DNA of 59,128 nucleotides, the filler included. It is 4 parts of 4 records of this genome, joined end to end, with 100 filler letters (N's around TTAATTAATTAA, not from the genome) between each part and the next. Parts side by side here need not be neighbours in the genome. Positions count along the whole stretch, not along the records: positions 7,848 to 25,989 come from SRR22947727_1210; positions 26,090 to 49,830 come from SRR22947727_1211; 2 more parts are not named here. One strand, given 5' to 3'. The translations under genes were made by a program, and so were the position numbers. Each line of letters opens with the position of its first letter. Position 1 is the first letter of the stretch. This document shows positions 18,944 to 28,888 of this stretch, one piece after another. Below the pieces are notes generated by a model that saw only the letters and a program-made list of their open reading frames with translations, ran no database searches and was not told the DNA's origin.

Positions 18944-19654
18944 TTGACGAATGAAAAATCATCATGGACGCCGCTGAAAGCGCATCGATTCGTCAGCGTG
19001 GGGAGAGGTGTCCTGCATCGCAGCACGTCGCTGGTGCTGTCGCTACTGTTTTGCTCGGCGTCGGCGACGGCGGTCGAGTTTACCGACTACGATTACGATC
19101 AGTTTTCACAGGCGGTCACATTGTGTGATCAGCTCGCGGCGCATGGCCGAGATCCCGGACACGTCGGCGTCGCGGTGAGTAGCGCAACAATGGATAAGCC
19201 GGCCGCCATCGAAGCGTGCCTCGATGCCCTGAGTAACGACCCTGATAACCCGCGGCTCAATTATCAGCTGGGTCGGGCTTATGGTTATTCGGGGCAGGGT
19301 GAGCGTGCGATGCCATATCGACTGAAAGCGCTGGAGGCTGATTACCCCCAGTCACTCTTCGTGATCGGTTATTTGTATGCCACGGGTCGCACTATCGAGC
19401 CTGATATTTGCCAGACCTATGACCTGTGGCAACGTGCAGCGCATTACCGGCGCCTTGCCGCTTTGGTTGCGCTGCCTAGGCACAGCCTGCGTGGCGACTT
19501 TGCGGCATGTGGTCCCGCTATCGTGGCCGCGGATTTACGCGCTTATTTGCACGAAGCCAAACGACAGTCCTCGGACTATTACGTCGGGATGTTGGTCGAT
19601 GATTTGCTGTTGCAGGTTGATGCGCGTTATCCCATGTCTCGAGCAGAGCCGTGA
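18944..19654 (+). CDS. Exported TPR/Sel1-like repeat protein
   Basis: GGAGG 7 nt before an in-frame TTG at 18944; hydrophobic signal stretch; CDQLAAH..D...AIEAC..AL..DPDNPRLNYQLGRAY, IGYLYATG. Confidence 0.6.
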   Translation: MTNEKSSWTPLKAHRFVSVGRGVLHRSTSLVLSLLFCSASATAVEFTDYDYDQFSQAVTLCDQLAAHGRDPGHVGVAVSSATMDKPAAIEACLDALSNDPDNPRLNYQLGRAYGYSGQGERAMPYRLKALEADYPQSLFVIGYLYATGRTIEPDICQTYDLWQRAAHYRRLAALVALPRHSLRGDFAACGPAIVAADLRAYLHEAKRQSSDYYVGMLVDDLLLQVDARYPMSRAEP

Positions 19655-19735
19655 GTAGCGGTCTCAACAGGGCTTGCTGTTGCGCCGCCACTTTACAGAG
19701 CAGCGAGGCGTCGTGACTGAGCATCATGACCTTGG

Positions 19736-20668
19736 GTGCCTGTCGTGTTAACTGCTTGGAGCTGGGTCTCGATTGGCACGAGTGATGTGGCTGCAGCCTG
19801 CCACTTCTGGGTCGATACGCTGGGTTTCGAGTGCACTGATCTAATCGAAGGCGATGACCCGGGTTTGCGGGAGCATTGGCAGTTAACGGACCGTCTCATT
19901 TGTCGGCAAGCGATGTTGCAATCGCCCGGCGCTGCCTTTGGCGCCATTCATTTGGTGGAGTACGACACGGCTGCTGCGACAGTGCGCCAAGATGCAGCGG
20001 TATTCGATCTCTGTCCGAAGAATCTGGATATTTATGTGGATGATTTGCCGCTTCGGATGGCGGAGTTGACGGCTCGTGGTGTTCGATTTCGGAATGAGCA
20101 GTATAGCGAGGCGGTATCACCTGACGGCGTCCATTTTCGTGAGATACACCTAGCAGGGCACGATGACATCAATATTGTGCTGCTACAGATCATGGGTGGC
20201 GATGCGTTGCCAACCAGTTCAGGGTTTTATGGGGTAGGTCCTCTCGTTTGTATCGTGAATGATCCTGCGGCGGAGAAGGCGTTTTATCGAGACGTGATGG
20301 GCCTTGCTTTAACCCACGATAATATTCTGGCCGGACCCGAGATTGAGCAGATGATTGGACTTCCTGCAGGTTGTGCTTTGGAGGTCAGTATTTGGGCCCA
20401 AATTGGGCAGTCCTTGGGTGAGGTAGAGCTCGTGACCTATCAAGGCACTCAGGGCACCAATCGTTATCCCCGCGCAGCGCCTGGGGCAAGGGGTGTCACG
20501 CACCTTAACTGGTGGGTAGAGGATATGGCTGCTTGGAAAGACCACTTGGTGCAGCTCAATGTCCCTTTCAACCGTTCTCGATTGTCGGGTCGGCTCATGC
20601 AGTCGCGCGAATCAGTGCGATTACACTCTCCTGCTGGCTTGAGCATCGAGGTGCATGCTCAGGCGTAA
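19736..20668 (+). CDS. VOC (glyoxalase-like) family protein, two domains
   Basis: FWVDTLGF and FYRDVMGL repeats, ELVTY, SPAGLSIEV. Confidence 0.8.
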   Translation: MPVVLTAWSWVSIGTSDVAAACHFWVDTLGFECTDLIEGDDPGLREHWQLTDRLICRQAMLQSPGAAFGAIHLVEYDTAAATVRQDAAVFDLCPKNLDIYVDDLPLRMAELTARGVRFRNEQYSEAVSPDGVHFREIHLAGHDDINIVLLQIMGGDALPTSSGFYGVGPLVCIVNDPAAEKAFYRDVMGLALTHDNILAGPEIEQMIGLPAGCALEVSIWAQIGQSLGEVELVTYQGTQGTNRYPRAAPGARGVTHLNWWVEDMAAWKDHLVQLNVPFNRSRLSGRLMQSRESVRLHSPAGLSIEVHAQA

Positions 20669-20890
20669 AGGTGACTGGGTGAGGAACACTCGAGTCTAGG
20701 TGTCTTTTGGGCATCGATATGTCGTAATCAGTGCGCGAAATTGATGTGCTGATGGCGCTCTGCTCGACCTTCGAATGACTGTCCAAGTTTTGAGCAAAAG
20801 TACCCCTTCATGAGTAGCTCAGTGCGTATCATTTTTAATAGGCAGGGTTTAGCATCGCACTTTGTTTTTAGGGTTTTAAGGGAATAGACG

Positions 20891-22333
20891 ATGTCGGTTA
20901 CGCGGGCTTTATACATTGACGGAGAGTGGGTCGAAACAGACGATTCCATTGAAAATATCAACCCCTCCGACACCACTGAATCAGTCGGTCGCTATGCGCA
21001 GGCAACGCCCGAACTGGCTGACCACGCTATCGCCAGTGCCAATCGTGCGGCAAAAGAATGGGGCCAGTCTCCCATGGAAACCCGCTATCAGATGTTGATG
21101 GCCATCGGCACCGAACTCATCGATCGCAGCGCTGAACTCGGTGAATTGCTCGCCAAGGAGGAGGGTAAGACCCGTGCTGAGGGCGTGGGAGAGGTCGTTC
21201 GTTCCGGGCAATTCTTTCACTACTTCGCGGCCGAGGTTCATCGCCAAATTGATGATCGAGTGGATTCGGTGCGACCCGGCATTGAGATCGAGACCCGACG
21301 TGAGCCGATTGGGGTAGTGGTTGTGATCAGTCCTTGGAATTTCCCGATGGCGACCGCGGTTTGGAAAATTGCACCAGCCTTGGCCTTTGGGAACGCCGTG
21401 ATTTTTAAACCGGCAAACCTTGTTCCAGCCAGCGCCTGGGCGCTGACCGAAATCATCGCGCGTCAGTCAGCGTTGCCCCCGGGGGCCTTTAACTTGCTGA
21501 TGGGAGGTGGCGGGACCGTTGGTAATCACATTATCAATAGCGACCAAATTCATGCGGTGACCTTTACCGGTTCGCTTCCGGTGGGCCGTCAGGTGGCCAC
21601 CGCGACCGCCGCTAACCTCGTCAAATGTCAGCTAGAGATGGGCTCGAAAAATGCGCTCATTATTGCGGCAGATGCGGATTTGGACGTCGCCGTGAATGCC
21701 GCCTTTGCCGGTGCCTACAGTGGCACCGGACAAAAATGTACCGCCTCGTCACGTCTGATTGTTGACGAGAGCGTGCACGATGCTTTCGTTGAAAAACTCG
21801 CTGCCAAGCTCGCGACTGTCCGAGTGGGGCACGCGCTGGAAGAAGGGGTCGACATGGGCCCCGTCGCCTCTGAAGCGCAGCTACTGGAAAATTTAGCCTG
21901 GGTAAAGCGGGGCGTTGAGGAGGGGGCCAATTTGCTGTTGGGCGGCGAACGCTTGGAGCTTAGCTCGCCGGGTTTCTACATGTCGCCCGCCCTCTTTGTT
22001 GACACTGATAATGCGATGGCCATCAACCGCGAAGAACTCTTCGCGCCGATTGCCTGTGTCATTCGCGCTCGGGACTATGAGCATGCGCTCGAGATCCTTA
22101 ACGATACGGACTTTGGTTTAACCGCTGGCATCATTACCCAGTCGCTGGCGACAGCGTCTGACTTTAAAAAGCGAGCCGTCAGTGGGTGCGTCATGGTGAA
22201 TCTGCCTACTGCGGGTACGGACTACCATGTTCCCTTCGGCGGGCGTAAGGCGTCTAGCTTTGGTCCGCGTGAGCAAGGCCAATATGCTCGCGAGTTCTAT
22301 ACCACCGTGAAGACCTCGTACTTACAAGCGTAG
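20891..22333 (+). CDS. NAD(P)-dependent aldehyde dehydrogenase (ketoglutarate-semialdehyde-DH-like branch)
   Basis: PWNFP, FTGS, LEMGSKN, GQKCTA, EELFAP, PFGG.K.SS.GPREQG. Confidence 0.95.
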   Translation: MSVTRALYIDGEWVETDDSIENINPSDTTESVGRYAQATPELADHAIASANRAAKEWGQSPMETRYQMLMAIGTELIDRSAELGELLAKEEGKTRAEGVGEVVRSGQFFHYFAAEVHRQIDDRVDSVRPGIEIETRREPIGVVVVISPWNFPMATAVWKIAPALAFGNAVIFKPANLVPASAWALTEIIARQSALPPGAFNLLMGGGGTVGNHIINSDQIHAVTFTGSLPVGRQVATATAANLVKCQLEMGSKNALIIAADADLDVAVNAAFAGAYSGTGQKCTASSRLIVDESVHDAFVEKLAAKLATVRVGHALEEGVDMGPVASEAQLLENLAWVKRGVEEGANLLLGGERLELSSPGFYMSPALFVDTDNAMAINREELFAPIACVIRARDYEHALEILNDTDFGLTAGIITQSLATASDFKKRAVSGCVMVNLPTAGTDYHVPFGGRKASSFGPREQGQYAREFYTTVKTSYLQA

Positions 22334-22347
22334 TTAAGGAGGTCTCG

Positions 22348-23364
22348 GTGAATTCAGAGTGGCTAGTGATTGACGGTCTGCAGTACTCCGCTTGGTCTCG
22401 AGAAATCTTCGAGCAGATGCGTGAGGGCGGGCTCAATGCGGTTCATGTCACCATTGCGTATCATGAAAATACGCGTGAAACGCTCACTCGACTGGGAGAG
22501 TGGAATCAGCGTTTTGAAAGCTATCCAGACCTCATTCGCCCCGTGTACGAGCCCGCTGATCTCGCAAAGGCCAAAGCCGAGGGGCGCGTGGGCATTATTT
22601 TTGGCGCCCAGAACTGCTCGCCCATTGAAGATGAAATTCGGCTGGTCGAAGTGATGCGCCGGTTGGGGCTGATGATTATGCAGCTGACTTATAACAATCA
22701 AAGTTTGTTGGCCTGCGGTTGTTACGAGGAAGAAGACAGTGGCCTGACGCGCTTCGGTAGGCAGGTGATCGCTGAGATGAATCGTGTGGGGATGGTTGTC
22801 GATATGTCTCATAGCGCTGAGCGCTCGACCTTGGAAGCGGTCGATTGCTCTGCTCAGCCCGTTATCATTTCACACGCGAATCCCAGCCACTTTCATCCTG
22901 CATTGCGCAATAAGTCCAATAAGGTGTTGGATGCGATTGCGGCCAACGAAGGGTTGCTCGGATTTTCTCTATACCCCTTTCATCTGAAGGATGGGCCGAA
23001 ATGCTCATTGGAAAACTTTGCCGACATGGTGGCTTGGACTGCCGACCGAATGGGGGTAAATCGCATCGGTTTTGGATCGGATCTCTGCCAGTCGCAGCCG
23101 CAATCGGTATTGGAGTGGATGCGAACCGGGCGATGGTCAAAGGTCATGGATTATGGCGAAGGTTCATCCCAAGACGCAGGGTGGCCAGAACCGCTCGCCT
23201 GGTTTGGCGATAACCGTGACTTTCCGCGCATTGTGGACGCGCTGAAAACCAAAGGTTTTTCGGACGACGAGTTGGGCTTGATCATGGGTGGAAACTGGGT
23301 TGATCTGTTGACGCGTGTTGCGCAGCCAGCGGTCGAGTCCGCCGACATCGACGCAGACATATGA
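22348..23364 (+). CDS. Membrane (renal) dipeptidase M19-like amidohydrolase with atypical metal ligands
   Basis: MQLTYN, DSGLT.FG, DMSH, SHAN, RNK, GSD, IMGGNW; N-terminal IDGLQY replaces the canonical HxD; AAGGAGG SD before GTG. Confidence 0.85.
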   Translation: MNSEWLVIDGLQYSAWSREIFEQMREGGLNAVHVTIAYHENTRETLTRLGEWNQRFESYPDLIRPVYEPADLAKAKAEGRVGIIFGAQNCSPIEDEIRLVEVMRRLGLMIMQLTYNNQSLLACGCYEEEDSGLTRFGRQVIAEMNRVGMVVDMSHSAERSTLEAVDCSAQPVIISHANPSHFHPALRNKSNKVLDAIAANEGLLGFSLYPFHLKDGPKCSLENFADMVAWTADRMGVNRIGFGSDLCQSQPQSVLEWMRTGRWSKVMDYGEGSSQDAGWPEPLAWFGDNRDFPRIVDALKTKGFSDDELGLIMGGNWVDLLTRVAQPAVESADIDADI

Positions 23365-25097
23365 CGTTAAGCTCTGGGCCAGTCACCGATATGACGTTGC
23401 CGCTAAGACCGGCGGCCGTGGTGATGGAGCTTGAGCGGCTTGGATCATTTTCTCCCACGAGATTAAGTTTTGCCCGGCGCTTAACGCGGCTGATGTATCA
23501 GTCGCGTTGGCAGATTAGCTGCGTTGACTTTGATCTCGATGAGGGCGGTTATGGGTCGGCTATTTATCGGTTAGATACTGCGGCAAGACGGTATCACGTG
23601 GTCGTGTTTTCGAGACACATTGCGGATGAGCAGCGGACGGATCGAGTGATCGCGGACACTTGGGACCTTACCTTTGGCTTGGTGGAGGGTGAGGTGGATG
23701 ACGCGCTGATGGCCTCGTTGGTGGCGAATATGCCCCTCCAAGAAGCTGGACGTCAGCACCCTCGGTTGCTGGTCTTGTCCAGGGCGAATCGCAGCGTACG
23801 AAACTTTGAGGCTTTCGTGGCCGCACTGGCCGCAGGGGATCAACCGGACGTGTCGTATTTGCTTGACGCGGGTTACCTCTACCGAACGACCGCGGTCTAC
23901 GGTAACGGTAAGTTCGGTATCGCCGATTATGATCGTCTGCGTACCGGTGCCGATTTTTATCAGCCGTTCTCCCCACAAATGACAGCCGTTTATGTGTTGC
24001 GTGAGTTCTCTGTCGCGCAGGTGGAGCATATTGCTCGCCTAAATAACCCCGCCGTGGCGGTTGAGTTGGATGTCGGTTTGCGGCGTTATCTTGGCATTGG
24101 TAACTCAACCGGGCTGGGGATGGCGCCCTTTCTGATTAATCATCCGCAGCTCATCAACTATTGGGTGTATGCAAGAGAGCAGGCGCTGGCGGTGGCGAGC
24201 GGTCAGTCGCCTCTGGAAGAGCACCGCGTCCATATGGTGAGGTTGTGTCGCCGGGCGATGGCCTATTTTTCTGAGATGCGAGTCGAGGATGTAGCGCAGT
24301 CAGAGAGCAACAAAGTTGTCCACGAGGAGCTCGAGCAAATCGTGGCTTGGCTCGAGCAGGTGCCGCTGGAGCCCTCTTTGTGGCGGCAGTTGATGGATTG
24401 GGCGGAAACGTCTCTTTCACTGGAGACACAGGAGCTGATCAATACGCTGCTGATCGAGTGTTACCCCGACGAAGTAGATGCTTTGGACGAATTGATGAGC
24501 GTTGAGGAGAAGTTAGATCTCACGCCAGATATGCCGTTGGTGCAATTAAAGCAATTATTAGAGACGCATTTTGACTGGGCGATCGAGGCGGACTTCGAGG
24601 CAGCAGATGCGCGGTATTGGTTTTGGTACCAATCGGCTGAAAAGGAAGAGCCGCGCTTGGGGGTTCGGGGTGAGGAAGCCGGTGAAGAAAAGGAGTTGGC
24701 GTTGGCGATCGCGCCCCGGGCACAGCGGGTCTATCGGGCAATAACGGACTTTTTGGTTGATCACCCACGGGCCTTGACGATCGATCTGTTGTTGGCCTAC
24801 CCGGAGCATATGAAAGCAGTGCGGCGGATTCAGACAATGGTGGCAACCGCGTTCGGCGAAATCAGGGCGAATCTTTGGCACCGCGATATGAAGCCAATGC
24901 ACCTACTCAGGACCAAGCTGTCTTTCCTGGGGGCGCACCGTTTTGATCCGCGTGGCGATCGCTGGGTACGTGTTACCTTTTTCCAAGGCGCGCCTGTGCT
25001 CAGTGACTTTGAGGATGCCCAAGCTGATCCCGCGTTATTCGACGATTGGAGCTTTCCTCTGGCGCCCAGGCAACGCTCGGATTTGGAATCACGTTGA
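23361..25097 (+). CDS. Hypothetical protein (578 aa), function unknown
   Basis: Long ORF coupled to both neighbours (ATGA, TGATG); motif-like segments GYLYRTTAVYGNGKFG, GIGNSTGLGMAPFL, FWY.S.EKEEPRLG. Confidence 0.85.
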   Translation: MTLSSGPVTDMTLPLRPAAVVMELERLGSFSPTRLSFARRLTRLMYQSRWQISCVDFDLDEGGYGSAIYRLDTAARRYHVVVFSRHIADEQRTDRVIADTWDLTFGLVEGEVDDALMASLVANMPLQEAGRQHPRLLVLSRANRSVRNFEAFVAALAAGDQPDVSYLLDAGYLYRTTAVYGNGKFGIADYDRLRTGADFYQPFSPQMTAVYVLREFSVAQVEHIARLNNPAVAVELDVGLRRYLGIGNSTGLGMAPFLINHPQLINYWVYAREQALAVASGQSPLEEHRVHMVRLCRRAMAYFSEMRVEDVAQSESNKVVHEELEQIVAWLEQVPLEPSLWRQLMDWAETSLSLETQELINTLLIECYPDEVDALDELMSVEEKLDLTPDMPLVQLKQLLETHFDWAIEADFEAADARYWFWYQSAEKEEPRLGVRGEEAGEEKELALAIAPRAQRVYRAITDFLVDHPRALTIDLLLAYPEHMKAVRRIQTMVATAFGEIRANLWHRDMKPMHLLRTKLSFLGAHRFDPRGDRWVRVTFFQGAPVLSDFEDAQADPALFDDWSFPLAPRQRSDLESR

Positions 25098-25852
25098 TGA
25101 ACGTTTCCCTTAATGAGCTGCAAGCGGTTTGCCGCAAAGCGTTTTTGGGTATGGGCTTTACCGAGAGTCACGCCGAGGATGCCGCTGATATGGTGGCTTG
25201 GATGCAAAGCCATGGGCTCAATGGTTTGACGGCACTCAGTGAAGGACTAGAGTGTGTGAAGGCGTCGGCAGCACAAGCTCGCCCTGCCATTTTGTATGAA
25301 GACGCCGATTTAGCGGTGGTCAATGGGCAGCATTTAAGTGTGCTGGCCTCAGGCAATCTGGCGATGGAGTTGGCGTTTGCTAAGGCGAGGGCAAGAGGGC
25401 TGTCGGTCATTAAGATTCGACACTGTCGGCAGCGCCAATTGATCATGGGGTATGTGTGCCGATTGGCGGACAGGGGGATGAATGTCACGGCGTTTTGGCG
25501 TCATGCGCAGTCGCCCCTAACGGAGCAAGTTGTTGGGTTTCGAGCCCGATCCAATGTGCCTTCTATTCGAGTGTATCAGTTGGATGAGGTGCCGGAGGAA
25601 AATGAAGCCAACGATGGCATCACGATTATGATGGCAAACCATGTGGATTTATTACCGACCATGCGCTCAGACCACGAGTACGCATTGCTAGCACGACACG
25701 ATGAGTTGGACCTGTTGGCCGCGCATCGGCAAGCCTTAGAGGAGGGTATCGTGGTAGTGCCAGAGGTGTGGCAACAATTAAAAACCCTGGCGGGTCATAC
25801 CTTGGTTGAAGCTTCTTCGACCTCACGTGCGGGTGCGGGCCCGGCGGATTGA
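25097..25852 (+). CDS. DUF3726-like protein, probably related to the Ldh_2/malate-lactate dehydrogenase fold
   Basis: N-terminal VSLNEL...RKAF.GMG....AEDAADMV and C-terminal EAS..SR.GAG; TGATG overlap with the upstream gene. Confidence 0.65.
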   Translation: MNVSLNELQAVCRKAFLGMGFTESHAEDAADMVAWMQSHGLNGLTALSEGLECVKASAAQARPAILYEDADLAVVNGQHLSVLASGNLAMELAFAKARARGLSVIKIRHCRQRQLIMGYVCRLADRGMNVTAFWRHAQSPLTEQVVGFRARSNVPSIRVYQLDEVPEENEANDGITIMMANHVDLLPTMRSDHEYALLARHDELDLLAAHRQALEEGIVVVPEVWQQLKTLAGHTLVEASSTSRAGAGPAD

Positions 25853-25989
25853 TGCGCTTATCACCTCCAATATGTTTTGTTGACGTTGACGCCAGTGGCT
25901 CGAGCGGCCAGTGGTCGCTGATGAGCCTAACGGTGACGCAGTGTGTCGTAATGGATAGCAGAGGCGGGCGGACATGCCGTTTTCACTAC

Positions 25990-26089
25990 NNNNNNNNNNN
26001 NNNNNNNNNNNNNNNNNNNNNNNNNNNNNNNNNTTAATTAATTAANNNNNNNNNNNNNNNNNNNNNNNNNNNNNNNNNNNNNNNNNNNN
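25990..26089. other. Artificial contig spacer
   Basis: N44-TTAATTAATTAA-N44. Confidence 0.98.
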
Positions 26090-28438
26090 GTTTGCTTGTT
26101 GTGTTCCAGTTAAACCTTGAGCTGCTGTATCAACTCGTAAACGATTTCCTAATGCTGTTGAGGTTGTTGTAGAGAAGTTTGCGTCATCACCAAGTGCTGC
26201 TGCTAATTCGTTAAGTGTATCTAATGCAGCTGGAGCTGAATCTACGACACCTGCGACTTGTGTATCTACATATGCTTTAATTGATTGTTGTGTTGGTACT
26301 CTTGTTGCGGAGTTTGTTGCAAATGAATCTTCATCAATAAACGTGATTCCAGAAATTGTTCCGTCACTAAATGAAGTTGCTACAACTGCACCTGTTACGT
26401 CTATGCCTGTGGAGGTTGTTTCAAACTTTGCAACCCCATTGTGATATAAAACAACACCACTATCACTTGCAGAAAAAATTTGATTTTCTGTTCCAGCAGC
26501 GTTCATTATCTGTACATTATCGCCAAGTATCTTTAAATTACCTGCTCCTAATTCTCTTATATAAGAAGAATTATCTGCTGAGGTATGATAAATCTGTAGG
26601 TCAGAGCCAGCACCAAAGATGGCTTTGTCGTTGTCGCCGAAGTTGATATCTGCACTTGTTGTAAGACCGTCTGTGGTGATAACACCTGTTACGTCTATGC
26701 CTGTTGAGGTTGTTTCAGCTTTCTTAGTGCCGTCATGGTAGAGCTCTACTGCACCATCTTTGGTGGCAACAATCATGTCCTCCGAACCACCTTGCAACTT
26801 GATGTCAGTTCCGTCAGTACCTATAAGCAGATTACCTGTTCCTACATCACTAATATAGCTATTAGAACCATCATGATATAGCTCTAAAGGATTACCAGTT
26901 CCAAATATTAATTTTTTATTATTTGCAAGAGAAACATTTCCACCCATGATGACACTGCCTTCACTGTTACCGATTATTATTGCATTATCGGAAGCACCTG
27001 ATCTAATAACTAAACTACCAAGGAAATTTGTAAAGCCACCAAATACAGTTCCTGCATCTTTTATCCTTACATCTCCACCATCAGCATCAAGGATAATATC
27101 CCCACCTGCATCTATAGTTAATTCACCTGCATCAGATATTGTAGAACCATTAATGGTTATGTCGTCCACTGTTAGGGTTGTAAGAGTTCCTAAGCTGGTT
27201 ATGTTTGTTTGAGCTGCAGTAGATAGTGTTCCTGCTAGTGTGGTAGCTGTAAGAGTTCCTGTTATGTCCACTCCACCACTAGTTGTGGATAGCTTGGTTG
27301 CAGTTTCATGTTTTATTTCTACAGTGCCACCTGTGCCTGTATCGGTCATCTCAATAAAAATATTTCCCCCAGAATCTGCTAGATTAAGATGTGTGCCACG
27401 GACACTTAAACTACCTGTTCCAGAGTCTTTTATAATACTACTATTGCCAGTGTGATAAATCTCTAAATCTGAACCTGCTCCAAAGATAGCTTTGTCGTTG
27501 TCGCCAAACAATATGTCATTGCCATTAGAAGCTAGATCACCACCTAGTTGTGGTGTTGTGTCCTCTACTACATTGTTAATAGAAACAGCTTGTACTCTAG
27601 CATCTGTGTAATAAAGGTTTGTGTTTTCGGGTACTACGCTTGTATCAAGTGTTGTTGAAACTGCTTGATTAGACCCATTACCTAAGAATATTTTTCCATT
27701 GTTTAGGTTGGGTACTGCGTTTGATCTTCCAGCACCTGTAATAAATATTGATCCAGAACTTGCATTTGACCTTGTTACTTTTGCTATCTTTTGTAAAGCA
27801 GAAGATTCTCCTGTTGGTGGGGTGTCAGTTAAAGATCCGGGGGTGTTTGATACAAACAGCGAAGCTCCAACCGAAAAGCCAGATGTATCAATGTTGCTTA
27901 ATATCCCGGTAGTATATACATCTACTGGGGTGTTTATAGATGCGGCGGCAGAAGCAACACCGAATGCTGGCATTTTTGCAGCATCGTCTGCGTCAGCCTT
28001 AGATACAATGGTTGTGTTTCCTGATATACCAGAAATATAAACCACATCACCTTTGCTTAGGGCTTCGCCCGCTTGGGCTTTAAATAATACCGACCCCCTG
28101 AAGTCACCGATAAATTCATCGGCTGTAATTTCTCCGCCGTCTAGTTGGGGGAATAACTCCATGATCCCAGCTGTTACCCGGGATTCTATCGTATCGCTAG
28201 CTGAAAAAGCTCTGGCTGTGGTTCCCTCTTGAGCCCTTTCTACAGTAAGGGTGTTACCACTAATAGCGGTAACTTTAACAATCTCGTTGTTTGTATCGTC
28301 ATCAAGGGTGCAAAGAAAATATTCTCCTGCACTTAAACTTGGAAATACGCTCCCACTAAGAACAGAAATCGAAGTTGCGGTTGAGGTAATATCAGACGCA
28401 AGTACGGTATTTGCATTGTTCTTGAAAACAACTGCCAC
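26090..28438 (-). CDS. Phage tail fibre / receptor-binding protein (C-terminus truncated)
   Basis: EIVKVTA..G..LTV.RAQEGT.A N-terminal anchor; repeated FGDNDKAIFGAGSDL.IYH and TTSTGIDVTG; APAALDTLNELAAALGDD. Confidence 0.85.
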
Positions 28439-28452
28439 GGCTTTCTCCTATA

Positions 28453-28878
28453 TTAAGAAACCGTTACAGTCCAAGTAATTGTCATTGAGTCCGCTGATCC
28501 CTTATTTACAACCGAAAAAACTGTTCTACAAAGAAGAGTTCCATTGGTAGCAGCATTTAAAATACCCGCTTCAGTAATAGCTCCTGTACCAGTACCAGCA
28601 CCAAAAGTTGCAACATATACAACCTCGTTGTCAGTAACAGTGGTAGAAGTTAGTGCTACTCGACCGGCTTCATTTCCCAATGCAGAATCGCCAGCAGCTG
28701 CAGCAGTAGACCCTGTTCCAATAGCCATGTGTGACATGGCGGTGGCAGTAGCATCTTTCATTCTTGATGCAACATAGTCTTTGCCGTCAGTAACAACTAG
28801 GTTGGGGATCTCCTGAACGGTATTTCCGTTAAGGGCAATACTTAGCTTACCAGTAAGTTTTAGTCCATCTTTTAACAT
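28453..28878 (-). CDS. Phage structural (tail-associated) protein
   Basis: NLVV..G, MAIGTG.TAA...D.ALG.E, ITEAGI.NA...G.L..R..F.V.NK...D...ITW pattern. Confidence 0.7.
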   Translation of the reverse strand: MLKDGLKLTGKLSIALNGNTVQEIPNLVVTDGKDYVASRMKDATATAMSHMAIGTGSTAAAAGDSALGNEAGRVALTSTTVTDNEVVYVATFGAGTGTGAITEAGILNAATNGTLLCRTVFSVVNKGSADSMTITWTVTVS

Positions 28879-28888
28879 TTATAGTCTC

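Noticed and set aside
26090..28438. Diversity-generating retroelement acting on the tail fibre
   Set aside because: No reverse transcriptase in the contig, and the repeats are short in-gene modules rather than a template/variable pair
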